From an uncultured Acidobacteriota bacterium (GTDB lineage Bacteria > Acidobacteriota > Thermoanaerobaculia > UBA5066 > Gp7-AA6), in the NCBI GenBank assembly GCA_963764715.1, contig CAVXTP010000008.1:1-64000 (forward strand): a stretch of DNA of 64,000 nt. Reading direction: 5' to 3'. The translations under genes and the position numbers were made by a program. This document shows positions 42,294-52,623 of the stretch, piece by piece. Below the pieces are notes generated by a model. It saw only the letters and a list, made by a program, of their open reading frames with translations. It did no database searches and had not been told where the DNA came from. Position 1 is the stretch's first letter. Every line of letters starts with the position of its first letter.

Positions 42294-42866
42294 ATGGCTG
42301 CTTTTGCGCGCAGATTGCTCGCTGCTTCGGCCGCCGCTTTCTTCATCCTCTCCGTTTCGACCCTGACCGCTGCGGACACGTTCCTGAGCTCCGACGACGC
42401 CAAGGAGAAGGATGAGCCGCAGAAGTTCCTTCCCGACTACGACAAGCTCGTGAAGGGCAAGGACGCCGACTGGGTCTACTTCCCAAAGGGCAGCCTCAAG
42501 TCCTACAAGACGGTCCTGGTCAAGGACTTCGAGTCCAACGGCCGAGGTCGTGATTCCCGGGACGCCGCCCACGAGGGCCAGCGGTACGCGGAGCAGTGGC
42601 TCGAGAAGGAAGGGTTCCAGGTGGTCGAGAAGGGGGCGGACCTGGTCGTCGAGGGCAACGTTTTCAACGCCTGGGAGCCGAGCGGCGCGGCCCGGTACTG
42701 GGGCGGATGGGCGGCCAATCCGGGCGTCGGGCTCGAACTGCTCATCAAGGACAAGACCGGAGCGGTGGTCGGCGAGCTCCGGCAGAAGGCCAAGGGCTCC
42801 ACGATCCCCGACGCCGTCGAGAACGGCCTCGAGGACATGTGCAAGTCAATCGCCAAGGGCAAGTAA
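42294..42866 (+). CDS. Hypothetical secreted protein (DUF4410-like)
   Basis: Signal peptide, AAGGAG SD, ADLVVEG...AARYW motif. Confidence 0.7.
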   Translation: MAAFARRLLAASAAAFFILSVSTLTAADTFLSSDDAKEKDEPQKFLPDYDKLVKGKDADWVYFPKGSLKSYKTVLVKDFESNGRGRDSRDAAHEGQRYAEQWLEKEGFQVVEKGADLVVEGNVFNAWEPSGAARYWGGWAANPGVGLELLIKDKTGAVVGELRQKAKGSTIPDAVENGLEDMCKSIAKGK

Positions 42867-42925
42867 AGGGCCTTCGTTTCGGACGCTAAGGCATTGCCTT
42901 TCAACAACTTGAGCCGTATCGGCGG

Positions 42926-42950
42926 GGCCCGGTCGCAAGGCCGGGCCTTC
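42926..42950 (+). terminator. Hairpin between the secreted-protein gene and phoH
   Basis: ggcccggtc-gcaa-ggccgggcc followed by ttc. Confidence 0.35.
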
Positions 42951-42987
42951 GTCGTGGTACCGTTTACCGCCTCAAGGAGCAGCGCCG

Positions 42988-43989
42988 ATTTCTGAACCCA
43001 GCCACGCCGTAACCCTCCCCGAAACCGGACTGACCGCGCTCTTCGGAATCGCCGACGAAAACCTGCGGGCCATCGAGAACGCCTTCGGCGTTCGGCTCCA
43101 GGCTCGCGGCAGCGAGATCGCGGTCGTCGGGGGCGAGGCCTCGGCCCAGGACGCCGCCCGCCGGCTTCTGGCGGGCCTTTCCGACCTTCTGGCCGGGGGG
43201 TTCCCCCTGCGCGGCGGAGACGTCGCGACCGCGATCCGGGTCGCCCGGGAGGACCCGACCGTCTCCCTGGCGGAGTTCTTCACCGACAGCCCGTTCGGGC
43301 CGACGCTCAAGTCGGTCGTCACCGTCCGCAACATCAAGCAGCGGCTCTACGTCCAGACGATCGACCGGCACGACCTCGTGTTCGCGATCGGCCCCGCCGG
43401 CACCGGCAAGACGTACCTCGCCGTCGCGATGGCGGCCGCGGCCCTCCTCGAAAAGAAGGTCAAGCGGATCGTGCTCGCGCGGCCGGCCGTCGAAGCCGGG
43501 GAGCGCCTCGGGTTCCTGCCCGGAGACCTCGTCGAAAAGGTCAACCCGTACCTGCGCCCGCTCTACGACGCGCTCTACGACATCCTCGGCTACGAGCGCA
43601 CCGCCAAGCTCCTCGAGCGCGGCATCATCGAGGTGGCGCCGATCGCCTTCATGCGCGGCCGGACGCTCAACGACGCCTTCATCATCCTCGACGAGGCGCA
43701 GAACACGACGCCCGAGCAGATGAAGATGGTCCTGACCCGCATCGGATTCGGATCGAAGGCGGTCGTGACGGGCGACATCACGCAGATCGACCTTCCCCAG
43801 GGCAAGATGTCGGGCCTGCGCGAGGCGCAGCAGGTCCTCTCGAAGATCGAGGGGATCAAGTTCGTCCTGTTCGACGAGCGCGACGTGGTTCGCCACGCCC
43901 TCGTGCAGTCGATCATCACGGCCTACGAAACGCTCGACCGCGAGCGTGAAGCCGCCGCCGGCAACGGCCGGCCCGCTTCCGCCCGCTGA
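42988..43989 (+). CDS. phoH: PhoH-like ATPase (YbeZ)
   Basis: GPAGTGKT, RPAVEAGERLGFLPGD, FMRGRTL, DEAQN. KH-like N-terminus (LFGIADENLRAIE) is in frame from ATT 42988. Confidence 0.92.
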   Translation: MSEPSHAVTLPETGLTALFGIADENLRAIENAFGVRLQARGSEIAVVGGEASAQDAARRLLAGLSDLLAGGFPLRGGDVATAIRVAREDPTVSLAEFFTDSPFGPTLKSVVTVRNIKQRLYVQTIDRHDLVFAIGPAGTGKTYLAVAMAAAALLEKKVKRIVLARPAVEAGERLGFLPGDLVEKVNPYLRPLYDALYDILGYERTAKLLERGIIEVAPIAFMRGRTLNDAFIILDEAQNTTPEQMKMVLTRIGFGSKAVVTGDITQIDLPQGKMSGLREAQQVLSKIEGIKFVLFDERDVVRHALVQSIITAYETLDREREAAAGNGRPASAR

Positions 43990-43997
43990 GGACGTCG

Positions 43998-46307
43998 ATG
44001 GCGGACGAAGCGCCCGAGGGGCGCACGAAGACCCATTTCGGCCGCCCGGCCGCGCCGGCCGGCGACGGGGCGCCGCCGCCGCGCCGGGAGCTCCGCCCGT
44101 GGCTCTGGGCCATCGCCTACGTGCTCGTGACGACGCTGGCGTTCTCGCCGACGCCGTCCTTCCGCGACTCGCCGGTCACGCCCGGCATGGTCGCTCCGCG
44201 CGACGTCGTGGCGCCCCGGGACCTGATCGTTCCGGACCCGGATGCGACCGCGCGGCGCCGGGCCGAGGCGTCGGCCGAGGTCCTGCCGCTGTACGAGTCC
44301 GACGCCACGGCGGCGGCCCGGTTCGAGGAAGAGCTGCGCGCGGCCTTCGGCCGGGCGCGGCCGGCCGTCTCGAAGTCCCGAGTCCGCGGCGCCGTCACGC
44401 CCGAGCTCCGCGACGCCTTCACGCTCCCGATCGGCGACGAGGCCCTCGCGGCCCTCGCGCGCCAGGGCTTCTCGAAGGACCTCGAAGACCGCTTCGTCGC
44501 GATCGGCCTCGACCTCTACCGGACCGGCGTTGCGGACCATCGGGACCTGCCGCCCGAGGGCCGCGGCCGCGGCCTCGCGGTGCGCGACAGCTCCTCGGGG
44601 CGGGAGACGCGGCGGCGCGAAGCCGGGGCGGTCGAGTACGGCAGCGAGACCCGTGCCGCGGTGGCCGCGCGCCTCGCGGACACGCCGCTCTCGGTCCGCG
44701 AACGGGCCGAGGTCGCGGCCTTCCTGACCGCGGTCCTCCGGCCCAACCTGACCTACGACGGCAGCCTGACGGCGTCGCGCCGCGAGGCGGCCGCGCGCTC
44801 GGTCGAGAGCGTCTTCACCCGCATCCCGCGCGGGAAGGTGATCGTGCGGCGGGGCGACGAGGTGACGGCGCGGGCGGCCCAGTGGATCGCGGCGGTCCGG
44901 GCCTCCGCCTCGGACCCGTCCTCGTGGGTCAAGGTGACCGGCGTCCTGATCCTGCAGGTGCTGGCGGCGGCGGCCTACTGGCTGGACGCCCGGCGGCAGC
45001 GGCGCCGCAAGCGCGAGCGCTCGACGTCGGTCGTGTTCGGCTCGGTGCTCGCGACGGGCATCCTGTTCGCGCTCGTGACGCGCGGCGGCTTCGCGCTGGC
45101 GCAGGCCCTCTCGCCCTCGCTCGAAGGGGCCTCCGGGGCCGTGAACTACGCGATTCCGTTCGCCGCCGGCCCGATCGTCGTCAGCCTCGTGGCGGGCATG
45201 GGGCCCGCCCTCCTCGTGGCGCTCGTCCACGCCGTCGGGGCGGGCGTGCTCATGGGCCTGTCGTTTCCGTTCGCGCTCTTCTCGGTCGTCGGATCGCTCG
45301 CCGGCATCTACGGGCTCGGCAAGGTGCGGGCGCGCAGCGTCCTCCTCGCGATGGGGGGCATGGTCGCGGCCGGCAACCTCGTGGCGATCGCCGCGATCCA
45401 CTTCCTCTCGGCCGGGCCGTGGGGCTGGGAGTTTCTCTACGACGCGCTCGCGGGGATCGGCGGCGGCCTGACGGTCGCGATGGTCGTCGGGCTCTTCCTG
45501 CCGATCTTCGAGCACCTGTTCTCGGTGGTCACGGACATCCGCCTGCTCGAGCTCTCGAACCAGAACCTGACGCTGCTGCGCAACCTCGCCCTCGAGGCGC
45601 CGGGCACGTACCAGCACTCGCTGATGCTCGGCCACCTCGCCGAGGCCGCCGCCGAGGCGATCGGCGCCGATTCCCTGCTCGCGCGGGTCTCGGGCTATTA
45701 CCACGACATCGGCAAGACGAAAATGCCGGACTACTTCATCGAGAACCAGTCCAAGGGGTTCAACCGGCACGACCGCCTGGAGCCGTCGATGTCGGCCCTG
45801 ATCATCGCCGCGCACGTCAAGGAAGGCGTCGAGATGGGGAAAAAGGCGCGGCTGCCGGAGCCCATCGTGACGGCGATCCGCGAGCACCACGGCACCAAGC
45901 TGATCCGTTACTTCTACCAGAAGGCCCTGACGCGGCACGACCCCGCCCAGGGTCCGGTGCAGGAGACCGAGTACCGTTACCCGGGGCCCAAGCCCTCGAC
46001 CCGGATCCTCGGGATCCTGATGATCGCCGACGCCGTGGAGGCCGCCTCGCGGACGCTGCTCGAGCCCACGCCGGCCAAGATCCGCGCGATGATCCAGACG
46101 ATCGTCGACGACTGCCTGCGCGACGGGCAGTTCGACGCGTGCGACCTGACCATGCGCGACCTCGCGATGATCGTCGACGCGCTCGAGCGGACCGTCACGA
46201 CGGTCTTCCACCACCGCATCGACTACCCCGGCTTCGACTTCAACCGCGAGAAGGCGCGCCGGCGCACGGGCGCCGTCTCGGAGGCCGCCGGGCCGAGGGC
46301 CGTCTGA
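43998..46307 (+). CDS. 7TM-HD (HDIG) phosphohydrolase, PgpH-like
   Basis: Extracellular domain plus 7TM; EAPGTYQHS, YHDIGK, YFIENQ, EHHGT, YPGPKP, ADAVEAASR. Confidence 0.92.
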   Translation: MADEAPEGRTKTHFGRPAAPAGDGAPPPRRELRPWLWAIAYVLVTTLAFSPTPSFRDSPVTPGMVAPRDVVAPRDLIVPDPDATARRRAEASAEVLPLYESDATAAARFEEELRAAFGRARPAVSKSRVRGAVTPELRDAFTLPIGDEALAALARQGFSKDLEDRFVAIGLDLYRTGVADHRDLPPEGRGRGLAVRDSSSGRETRRREAGAVEYGSETRAAVAARLADTPLSVRERAEVAAFLTAVLRPNLTYDGSLTASRREAAARSVESVFTRIPRGKVIVRRGDEVTARAAQWIAAVRASASDPSSWVKVTGVLILQVLAAAAYWLDARRQRRRKRERSTSVVFGSVLATGILFALVTRGGFALAQALSPSLEGASGAVNYAIPFAAGPIVVSLVAGMGPALLVALVHAVGAGVLMGLSFPFALFSVVGSLAGIYGLGKVRARSVLLAMGGMVAAGNLVAIAAIHFLSAGPWGWEFLYDALAGIGGGLTVAMVVGLFLPIFEHLFSVVTDIRLLELSNQNLTLLRNLALEAPGTYQHSLMLGHLAEAAAEAIGADSLLARVSGYYHDIGKTKMPDYFIENQSKGFNRHDRLEPSMSALIIAAHVKEGVEMGKKARLPEPIVTAIREHHGTKLIRYFYQKALTRHDPAQGPVQETEYRYPGPKPSTRILGILMIADAVEAASRTLLEPTPAKIRAMIQTIVDDCLRDGQFDACDLTMRDLAMIVDALERTVTTVFHHRIDYPGFDFNREKARRRTGAVSEAAGPRAV

Positions 46308-46768
46308 TGCGGGTCGACGTCCAGACCCGGGCGGCCGGAGCGCCGCCGGCCGCGCGCGTCCGGAGCGTGCTCGCCCGCGCGGCCCGCGCGGCCCGCGCGA
46401 AAGGGACGGAGGTCTCGGTGCTGTTCTGCGCCGACGGGCGCATGCGCACGCTCAACCGGCGCTACCGCGCGAAGGACCGGTCGACCGACGTGCTCGCCTT
46501 TCCGGCGGGCGACGCGGCCCGGGGGTTCCTCGGCGATATCGTCATCTCCGTGCCGTACGCGGAGCGGGAGGCCCGGCGCCGCGCCGAGCCCCGGGCGCGG
46601 GAGATCGACCGCCTGCTCGTCCACGGTCTTCTCCACCTGATCGGCTACGACCACGAGACGGACGAAGGCCAGATGGACGCCCTCGAGGGCCGGGTCCGGC
46701 GCCGGCTCGGGATCGTGGACGCGGCTCCGCGGCCGGCGACCCGCGGGCGGGGGCGGGGGGCGCGATGA
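46307..46768 (+). CDS. ybeY: rRNA maturation endoribonuclease YbeY
   Basis: LNRRYR..D.STDVLAF, LGDIVIS, HGLLHLIGYDH. Confidence 0.94.
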   Translation: MRVDVQTRAAGAPPAARVRSVLARAARAARAKGTEVSVLFCADGRMRTLNRRYRAKDRSTDVLAFPAGDAARGFLGDIVISVPYAEREARRRAEPRAREIDRLLVHGLLHLIGYDHETDEGQMDALEGRVRRRLGIVDAAPRPATRGRGRGAR

Positions 46769-48018
46769 TCTCCTTCGTCACCGCCGCGTTCTGCTACGCC
46801 GCGTTTTTCCTCTTCGAGACGTTCGCGCTCGCCCTCGACCGGCTTTCGCCGATCAAGGTCCGGGGGCTCCTCGAGGAGCACCCGGAGCGCGCGCGCCTGC
46901 TTTCCGGCGCGGGGCAGGTCGAGATCGTCCGGACCACGACGAAGGTCCTGGTGCAGGCCCTGCTTCTCGCGGGCCTGCTGACGACCGTCTCGGCGCTCGA
47001 GGCCTTCGAGGTCCCGCGCCCGTGGCTCTGGGGCGGCATCTTCTTCGTCACCGGCTGGCTCCTGACGGAGATCGCGCTGCTGCGCCGCGACGCCAACCGC
47101 GACCCCGAGAAGATCGTGGCCCGCCTCCTGCCGCTCATCACCGCGGCATCGTGGTTCCTGCTCCCGATCGCCTTCCTGATCCGGCGGATCTTCGCGGGCC
47201 GGGCCCAGGCGACCGAGAAGCCCCCCGAGGCCACCGAACAGGAGGTCCGCGCCTACATCGACGTCGGCCGGCAGGAGGGGATCCTCGAGAAGGACGAGGA
47301 GCGGCTCTTGCTCTCGATCGTGGATTTCGGCGACACCCGCGTGCGCGAGGTCATGACGCCGCGGACCGACGTCGTGTGGATCGACGCGGCCGCGTCGACG
47401 ACCGTGCTCTTCGACCTGTTCGTCGAGTCCAAGTACTCCCGCATCCCGGTCGTCCGGGGCTCGATCGACACGGTGGTCGGCGTCGTCCACGTCAAGGACG
47501 CCCTCCAGGTCCTGCGCGCCGGGGCGAACCGGTCGATCCCCGACCTGATGCGCGAGGCCTACTTCGTGCCCGAGACGAAGAAGGTGTCGGAGCTCCTGCG
47601 CGAGTTCCAGCGCCGCCACCTCTGGATGGCGATCGTCGTCGACGAGTACGGGGGAGTGTCGGGGCTCGTCACCGTCGAGGACCTCCTCGAGGAGATCGTC
47701 GGCGAGATCTCCGACGAGCACGAGGACGAGCGCGAGCCGGTGTCCCGCGTCGGCGAGAGCGTCTACTCGGTCTCCGGCAAGGCCAACATCGAGGTCATCC
47801 GCGATCTCTTCGGCCGCGGCCCGGAGGAGGAGGAGTTCACGACGATCGGCGGGTTCCTCGCGAGCCGCCTCGGCCACATCCCCAAGCCCGGCGAAACCCA
47901 CTCCGAGTCGGACCTGAAGTTCACCGTCGAGGAAGCGGACCGGCGGCGGGTCTACCGCGTCCGGATCGAGCCGGTCGGCGCCGCCGTGGCCCATCCGGCG
48001 GTGGCCAAGAAGGCCTAG
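46765..48018 (+). CDS. HlyC/CorC (CNNM-CBS-CorC) family transporter
   Basis: [38 protein letters not shown]. Confidence 0.92.
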   Translation: MISFVTAAFCYAAFFLFETFALALDRLSPIKVRGLLEEHPERARLLSGAGQVEIVRTTTKVLVQALLLAGLLTTVSALEAFEVPRPWLWGGIFFVTGWLLTEIALLRRDANRDPEKIVARLLPLITAASWFLLPIAFLIRRIFAGRAQATEKPPEATEQEVRAYIDVGRQEGILEKDEERLLLSIVDFGDTRVREVMTPRTDVVWIDAAASTTVLFDLFVESKYSRIPVVRGSIDTVVGVVHVKDALQVLRAGANRSIPDLMREAYFVPETKKVSELLREFQRRHLWMAIVVDEYGGVSGLVTVEDLLEEIVGEISDEHEDEREPVSRVGESVYSVSGKANIEVIRDLFGRGPEEEEFTTIGGFLASRLGHIPKPGETHSESDLKFTVEEADRRRVYRVRIEPVGAAVAHPAVAKKA

Positions 48019-48032
48019 GCGGGCCCCCGGGC

Positions 48033-48926
48033 GTGTTTCGCGCCGGCTCCGTCGCGGTCGTCGGCCGCCCCAACGCCGGCAAGTCCACCCTCGTCAACGC
48101 CCTCGTGGGCGAGAAGGTGGCGATCGTCTCGGACAAGCCGCAGACGACGCGCAAGCGCATCCTGGGCGTGGCGCGCCGGCCCGGCGCCGAGATCGCGCTC
48201 TTCGACACCCCCGGCATCCACAAGCCCGAGTACCGGATGAACGCCGCCATGGTGCGGGACGCGACCGACGCCCTCGCCTCGGCCGACCGCGTGCTCTTCG
48301 TCGTCGACGCCGCGGCGGAGCGGGGGCCGGGGGAGAGGTTCATCCTCGACCTGATCGCGCGGGCCGGGGTGCCGGCGATCCTGGCGCTCAACAAGATCGA
48401 CCGGATCCGCAAGGAGACGCTCCTGCCCCTGACGGCCGAGCTCTCGCAGCGCCACGCCTTCGCCGCGGTCGTGCCCGTGTCCGCCCGGACGGGCGAGAAC
48501 GTCGACCGCCTCTTCGAGGTCCTGGCGGAGAGCCTGCCGGAAGGCGCTCCGGCCTACCCGGACGACTTCCTGACGTCGACGCCCGAGACCGAGTGGATCG
48601 GGGAGGTCATCCGCGAGAAGCTGCTCGAGCGCACGCGGGACGAGCTCCCGTTCGCCCACGCCGTCGTCATCGAGTCGGTCCGCGAAGCGGAAGACCGGGG
48701 CATCACCGTCGTGACGGCCTCGATCGTGGTCGAGCGGGAGGGACAGAAGGGCATCGTCGTCGGCAAGGGCGGCTCGATGATCCGCGAGATCGGCCGGGCC
48801 GCGCGCGAGGAGCTCGAGGAGCAGCTCGGCTGCCGCCTGTACCTGGAGTTGACCGTCCGCGTGAAGGCCGACTGGCGCAACGACGAAGGCTTTCTGTCGC
48901 GGCTGCGCGGGGGGCCGGGGACGTAG
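48033..48926 (+). CDS. era: GTPase Era
   Basis: GRPNAGKST, KPQTTR, DTPG, NKID, VGKGGSMIREIG KH domain. Confidence 0.95.
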   Translation: MFRAGSVAVVGRPNAGKSTLVNALVGEKVAIVSDKPQTTRKRILGVARRPGAEIALFDTPGIHKPEYRMNAAMVRDATDALASADRVLFVVDAAAERGPGERFILDLIARAGVPAILALNKIDRIRKETLLPLTAELSQRHAFAAVVPVSARTGENVDRLFEVLAESLPEGAPAYPDDFLTSTPETEWIGEVIREKLLERTRDELPFAHAVVIESVREAEDRGITVVTASIVVEREGQKGIVVGKGGSMIREIGRAAREELEEQLGCRLYLELTVRVKADWRNDEGFLSRLRGGPGT

Positions 48927-48960
48927 GAGCGGCGGCGGAAACCGCGGGCGCGGCGGCGGC

Positions 48961-50862
48961 TTATTCGCGGATGCGGGTGCGGACGCGCTCGGCGAGATCG
49001 TGGAGCGACTCGGCGAGGTTTTCGCGCAGGCGTTCCATCTCCGCGAAGAGCATCGCGTCGGACTCGTGGCGGCGGACCCGGTCCTCGAGCAGCGGCGCGA
49101 TCTGCGAGCGGATGTCTTCGGCCTCGCGGCGGCCTTGCTGGGTCTTTTCCTCGAAGGTCGACGCCAGCTCGTGATGCTCGCGCAGCACCGACTCGACGCG
49201 GCCCTCGAGCTCCGGCAGCCTCGCGGCGAGGTCCCGCAGCGCCGAGAGCTCGCCTTCGAGCGACGGCACCCGCTCGGCCACCTGCGCCACGGCGCCGAGC
49301 CGCTCGTCCGAGGCGCCGAGCCGGCCGAGGGCCTCCGCGAGCTCGCGCTCGAGGGCCTGGCCGCGCTCGGTCAGGCCGCGGAGGGCCATGCCCACGTCGT
49401 CGGCGTCCTTGCGCTGCCGGCCGGTCTCCCCGCGCATGCGCTCGTCGAGCTCCGCGAGGGCGGACTCGAGGCGCCGCAGGCCGGACTCGAGGTCCGCCGC
49501 GCGGCTCGAGGCGGCTTCGGCCGGGGCGAGGCGCTCGAGGGCGGACGCGAGGGCCTCCTGCAGGCTGCCGACTCCCCGCTCGACCGCCGCGAGGCGCTCC
49601 GCCAGCGCCCCGACGTGCTCGCTCGCGGCCGCGATGCGGTCCTGGATCGAGGCCACGGTGAGCGCCTGGCGCTCGGCCGCCTCGCGTTCCCGCGCGGCGT
49701 TCGCGTCGGAGTCCCGCAGGCGCTGCTCGAGCACGTCGATCCGGGAGTCCTGAGCGGCCTCGGCGGCGAGGAAGGCCGGCTCGTCGGCCGGCTCCTCGAG
49801 CGGCGCAACGGCCGGGGCGTGGCCCGGGGGCGCCGGAATGTCGATCTCGATCTCGTCCGCCGCCGAGAGGATCTCCGGCGTCTCGTCGTCGCGGGCCGGC
49901 TCGCCGGCCGCAAGGGCCTCGTCGTCGTCGTCCGAGGGAATCTGGATCTCGACCGGCACCGCCTGCATCTGGATGGTCGACGCCGGGTTCGCGGGCTCGC
50001 CCGGCTCGGGCGGCGCCGCGGCCTGCGGCGGCTCGGGCACCGAGTAGGGCGAGGCGGCTTCGTCGTCGAGGACGCCCCGGCCGAGCTCGGTCGTGTCGAA
50101 GGGGGCCTCGTCCGGGTCGCGCGGCACGAGCGACAGCGGCCGGGACGGTCGCGGAATCGCCGGCTGCGACTCGCGCTTCAGGAGCGAGTCCTTCCACGTC
50201 TGCAGATCGTCTTCGCGTGCGGCGTCGGCCGCGGCGCGGGCCGCGCTCTCCTCCTCGTCCTCGGCGCGCCGGCCCTGCAGACGCCTCAGGAGATCGACGA
50301 ACGTGAGCTTGGAGATCAGCTTGAAGGTCTCGGTGACGCCGCGGCCCGCCGAGGCCACGGCCTCGACGAACGGATAGGCCGAGAGGCCCAGGGCCTCCTG
50401 CATCGCGTCGACCGCGAGGATGTCGGCGAGATCGCGCTTGTTGTACTGGACGACGACCGGGATGCTCTCGAAGTTGACCGCGTTGACCTTGAGGTTGTCC
50501 TTGAGGTTCTGCCAGGCCTCGAGGTTCTTGGGGAGCATGGTCCACTGCGAGTCGGCCACGAAGACGATGCCGTCGACGCCCTTCAACACGACGCGCCGCG
50601 TCTCGTTGAACGCCGTCTGGCCCGGGACGGTCGCGAGCTGGAAGCGGATCTTGTAGCCCTTGATGTCGCCGAGCTCGACCGGGAGAAGGTCGAAGTAGAT
50701 CGTCCGGTCGGTCTGGGTCTGGAGGTTCAGGAGCTTGCCCGCGGTCCCGGGCTCGAGGCGGTCGTGGAGGACCTTCAGGTTGGTGGTCTTCCCGCAGAGG
50801 CCGGGACCGTAATACACGATCTTGGCCGTCAGCTCCCGGGTGGCTGCGTTGTAGATGACCAT
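48961..50862 (-). CDS. MglA-like small GTPase fused to an acidic linker and long coiled coil
   Basis: KIVYYGPGLCGKTTNL, TDRTIYFDLLP, TVPGQ, GVDGIVFVADS, QYNKRDL; heptad-rich C-terminus. Confidence 0.88.
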   Translation of the reverse strand: MVIYNAATRELTAKIVYYGPGLCGKTTNLKVLHDRLEPGTAGKLLNLQTQTDRTIYFDLLPVELGDIKGYKIRFQLATVPGQTAFNETRRVVLKGVDGIVFVADSQWTMLPKNLEAWQNLKDNLKVNAVNFESIPVVVQYNKRDLADILAVDAMQEALGLSAYPFVEAVASAGRGVTETFKLISKLTFVDLLRRLQGRRAEDEEESAARAAADAAREDDLQTWKDSLLKRESQPAIPRPSRPLSLVPRDPDEAPFDTTELGRGVLDDEAASPYSVPEPPQAAAPPEPGEPANPASTIQMQAVPVEIQIPSDDDDEALAAGEPARDDETPEILSAADEIEIDIPAPPGHAPAVAPLEEPADEPAFLAAEAAQDSRIDVLEQRLRDSDANAAREREAAERQALTVASIQDRIAAASEHVGALAERLAAVERGVGSLQEALASALERLAPAEAASSRAADLESGLRRLESALAELDERMRGETGRQRKDADDVGMALRGLTERGQALERELAEALGRLGASDERLGAVAQVAERVPSLEGELSALRDLAARLPELEGRVESVLREHHELASTFEEKTQQGRREAEDIRSQIAPLLEDRVRRHESDAMLFAEMERLRENLAESLHDLAERVRTRIRE

Positions 50863-50928
50863 GGTTCGGTGTTGTGGCGTTCATTTTAACGCCGTTTCGG
50901 CGCGCCGGCGCAGGTTTTCCGCCCGTTC

Positions 50929-50957
50929 TTGACGGGGCCGGACCGACCCCATAGACT
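50929..50957 (+). promoter_or_regulatory. Sigma70-type promoter of the pyr operon
   Basis: TTGACG-N17-TAGACT, 9 nt before the TTG start. Confidence 0.65.
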
Positions 50958-50966
50958 CGCGCGGAT

Positions 50967-51521
50967 TTGAGCGAAGAGCTGATCAAGAAGGCCAAGATCC
51001 TCGACGCCGACCGCATTCGGCGAATGATCGACCGCATGGCGCACGAGATCGTCGAGCGCCAGAAGGACCTCCAGCAGCTGGCCCTGATCGGCATCCGGAC
51101 CCGGGGCGTCCCCCTCGCGACGCGGCTCGCCGCCCGCCTCTCGGACCTCGTCAAGCAGACGTTCCCGGTGGGCACGCTCGACATCACGCTCTACCGAGAC
51201 GACCTTTCGACCGTCGCGCCCCAGCCGCTCCTGAAGAAGACCGAGATCGACTTCGACCTCAACGGCCGGACGGTCCTCCTCTGCGACGACGTCCTCTTCA
51301 CCGGGCGGACGATCCGCGCCGCGCTCGACGGGGTGATCGATCTCGGGCGGCCGCGCGCGATCCGCCTCGCGGTCCTCATCGACCGCGGGCACCGCGAGTT
51401 CCCGATCGAGGCCAACTACGTCGGCAAGAGCGTCCCGACCGCCAACCGCGAGGTCATCCAGGTCCTCTTCCAGGAGACCGACGGCGCCGACGAGGTCTGG
51501 ATTCTGGAGAGGCCCGCCTGA
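50967..51521 (+). CDS. pyrR: Bifunctional pyr regulator/uracil phosphoribosyltransferase
   Basis: [42 protein letters not shown]. Confidence 0.95.
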   Translation: MSEELIKKAKILDADRIRRMIDRMAHEIVERQKDLQQLALIGIRTRGVPLATRLAARLSDLVKQTFPVGTLDITLYRDDLSTVAPQPLLKKTEIDFDLNGRTVLLCDDVLFTGRTIRAALDGVIDLGRPRAIRLAVLIDRGHREFPIEANYVGKSVPTANREVIQVLFQETDGADEVWILERPA

Positions 51522-51675
51522 CGATGCGAGCGTCTGGAGTAGGGGCGGCCCTTGCGGCCGCCCTCGAGAAGACGGGCGGGGACAAGCCGACCACCGAAGG
51601 CATGCCCCCGTCTGTAGGCAGCGCTGGCTCCGCCAGCGCTTACCCCCGCCCCGACGCGCCGGTGGAGAGGCCCGC

Positions 51676-51681
<6 letters not shown>
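51505..51681. repeat. REP-doublet insertion bracketed by a 19-bp direct repeat
   Basis: TGGAGAGGCCCGCCTGACG at 51505-51523 and 51663-51681; GTAG-REP 51539-51563; inverted expanded REP 51574-51655. Confidence 0.82.

Positions 51682-52619
<938 letters not shown>

Positions 52620-52623
<4 letters not shown>

Noticed and set aside
50863-50966. PyrR attenuator upstream of pyrR
   Set aside because: The -35/-10 promoter sits 9 nt from the start codon, leaving no leader, and no terminator/antiterminator is visible.
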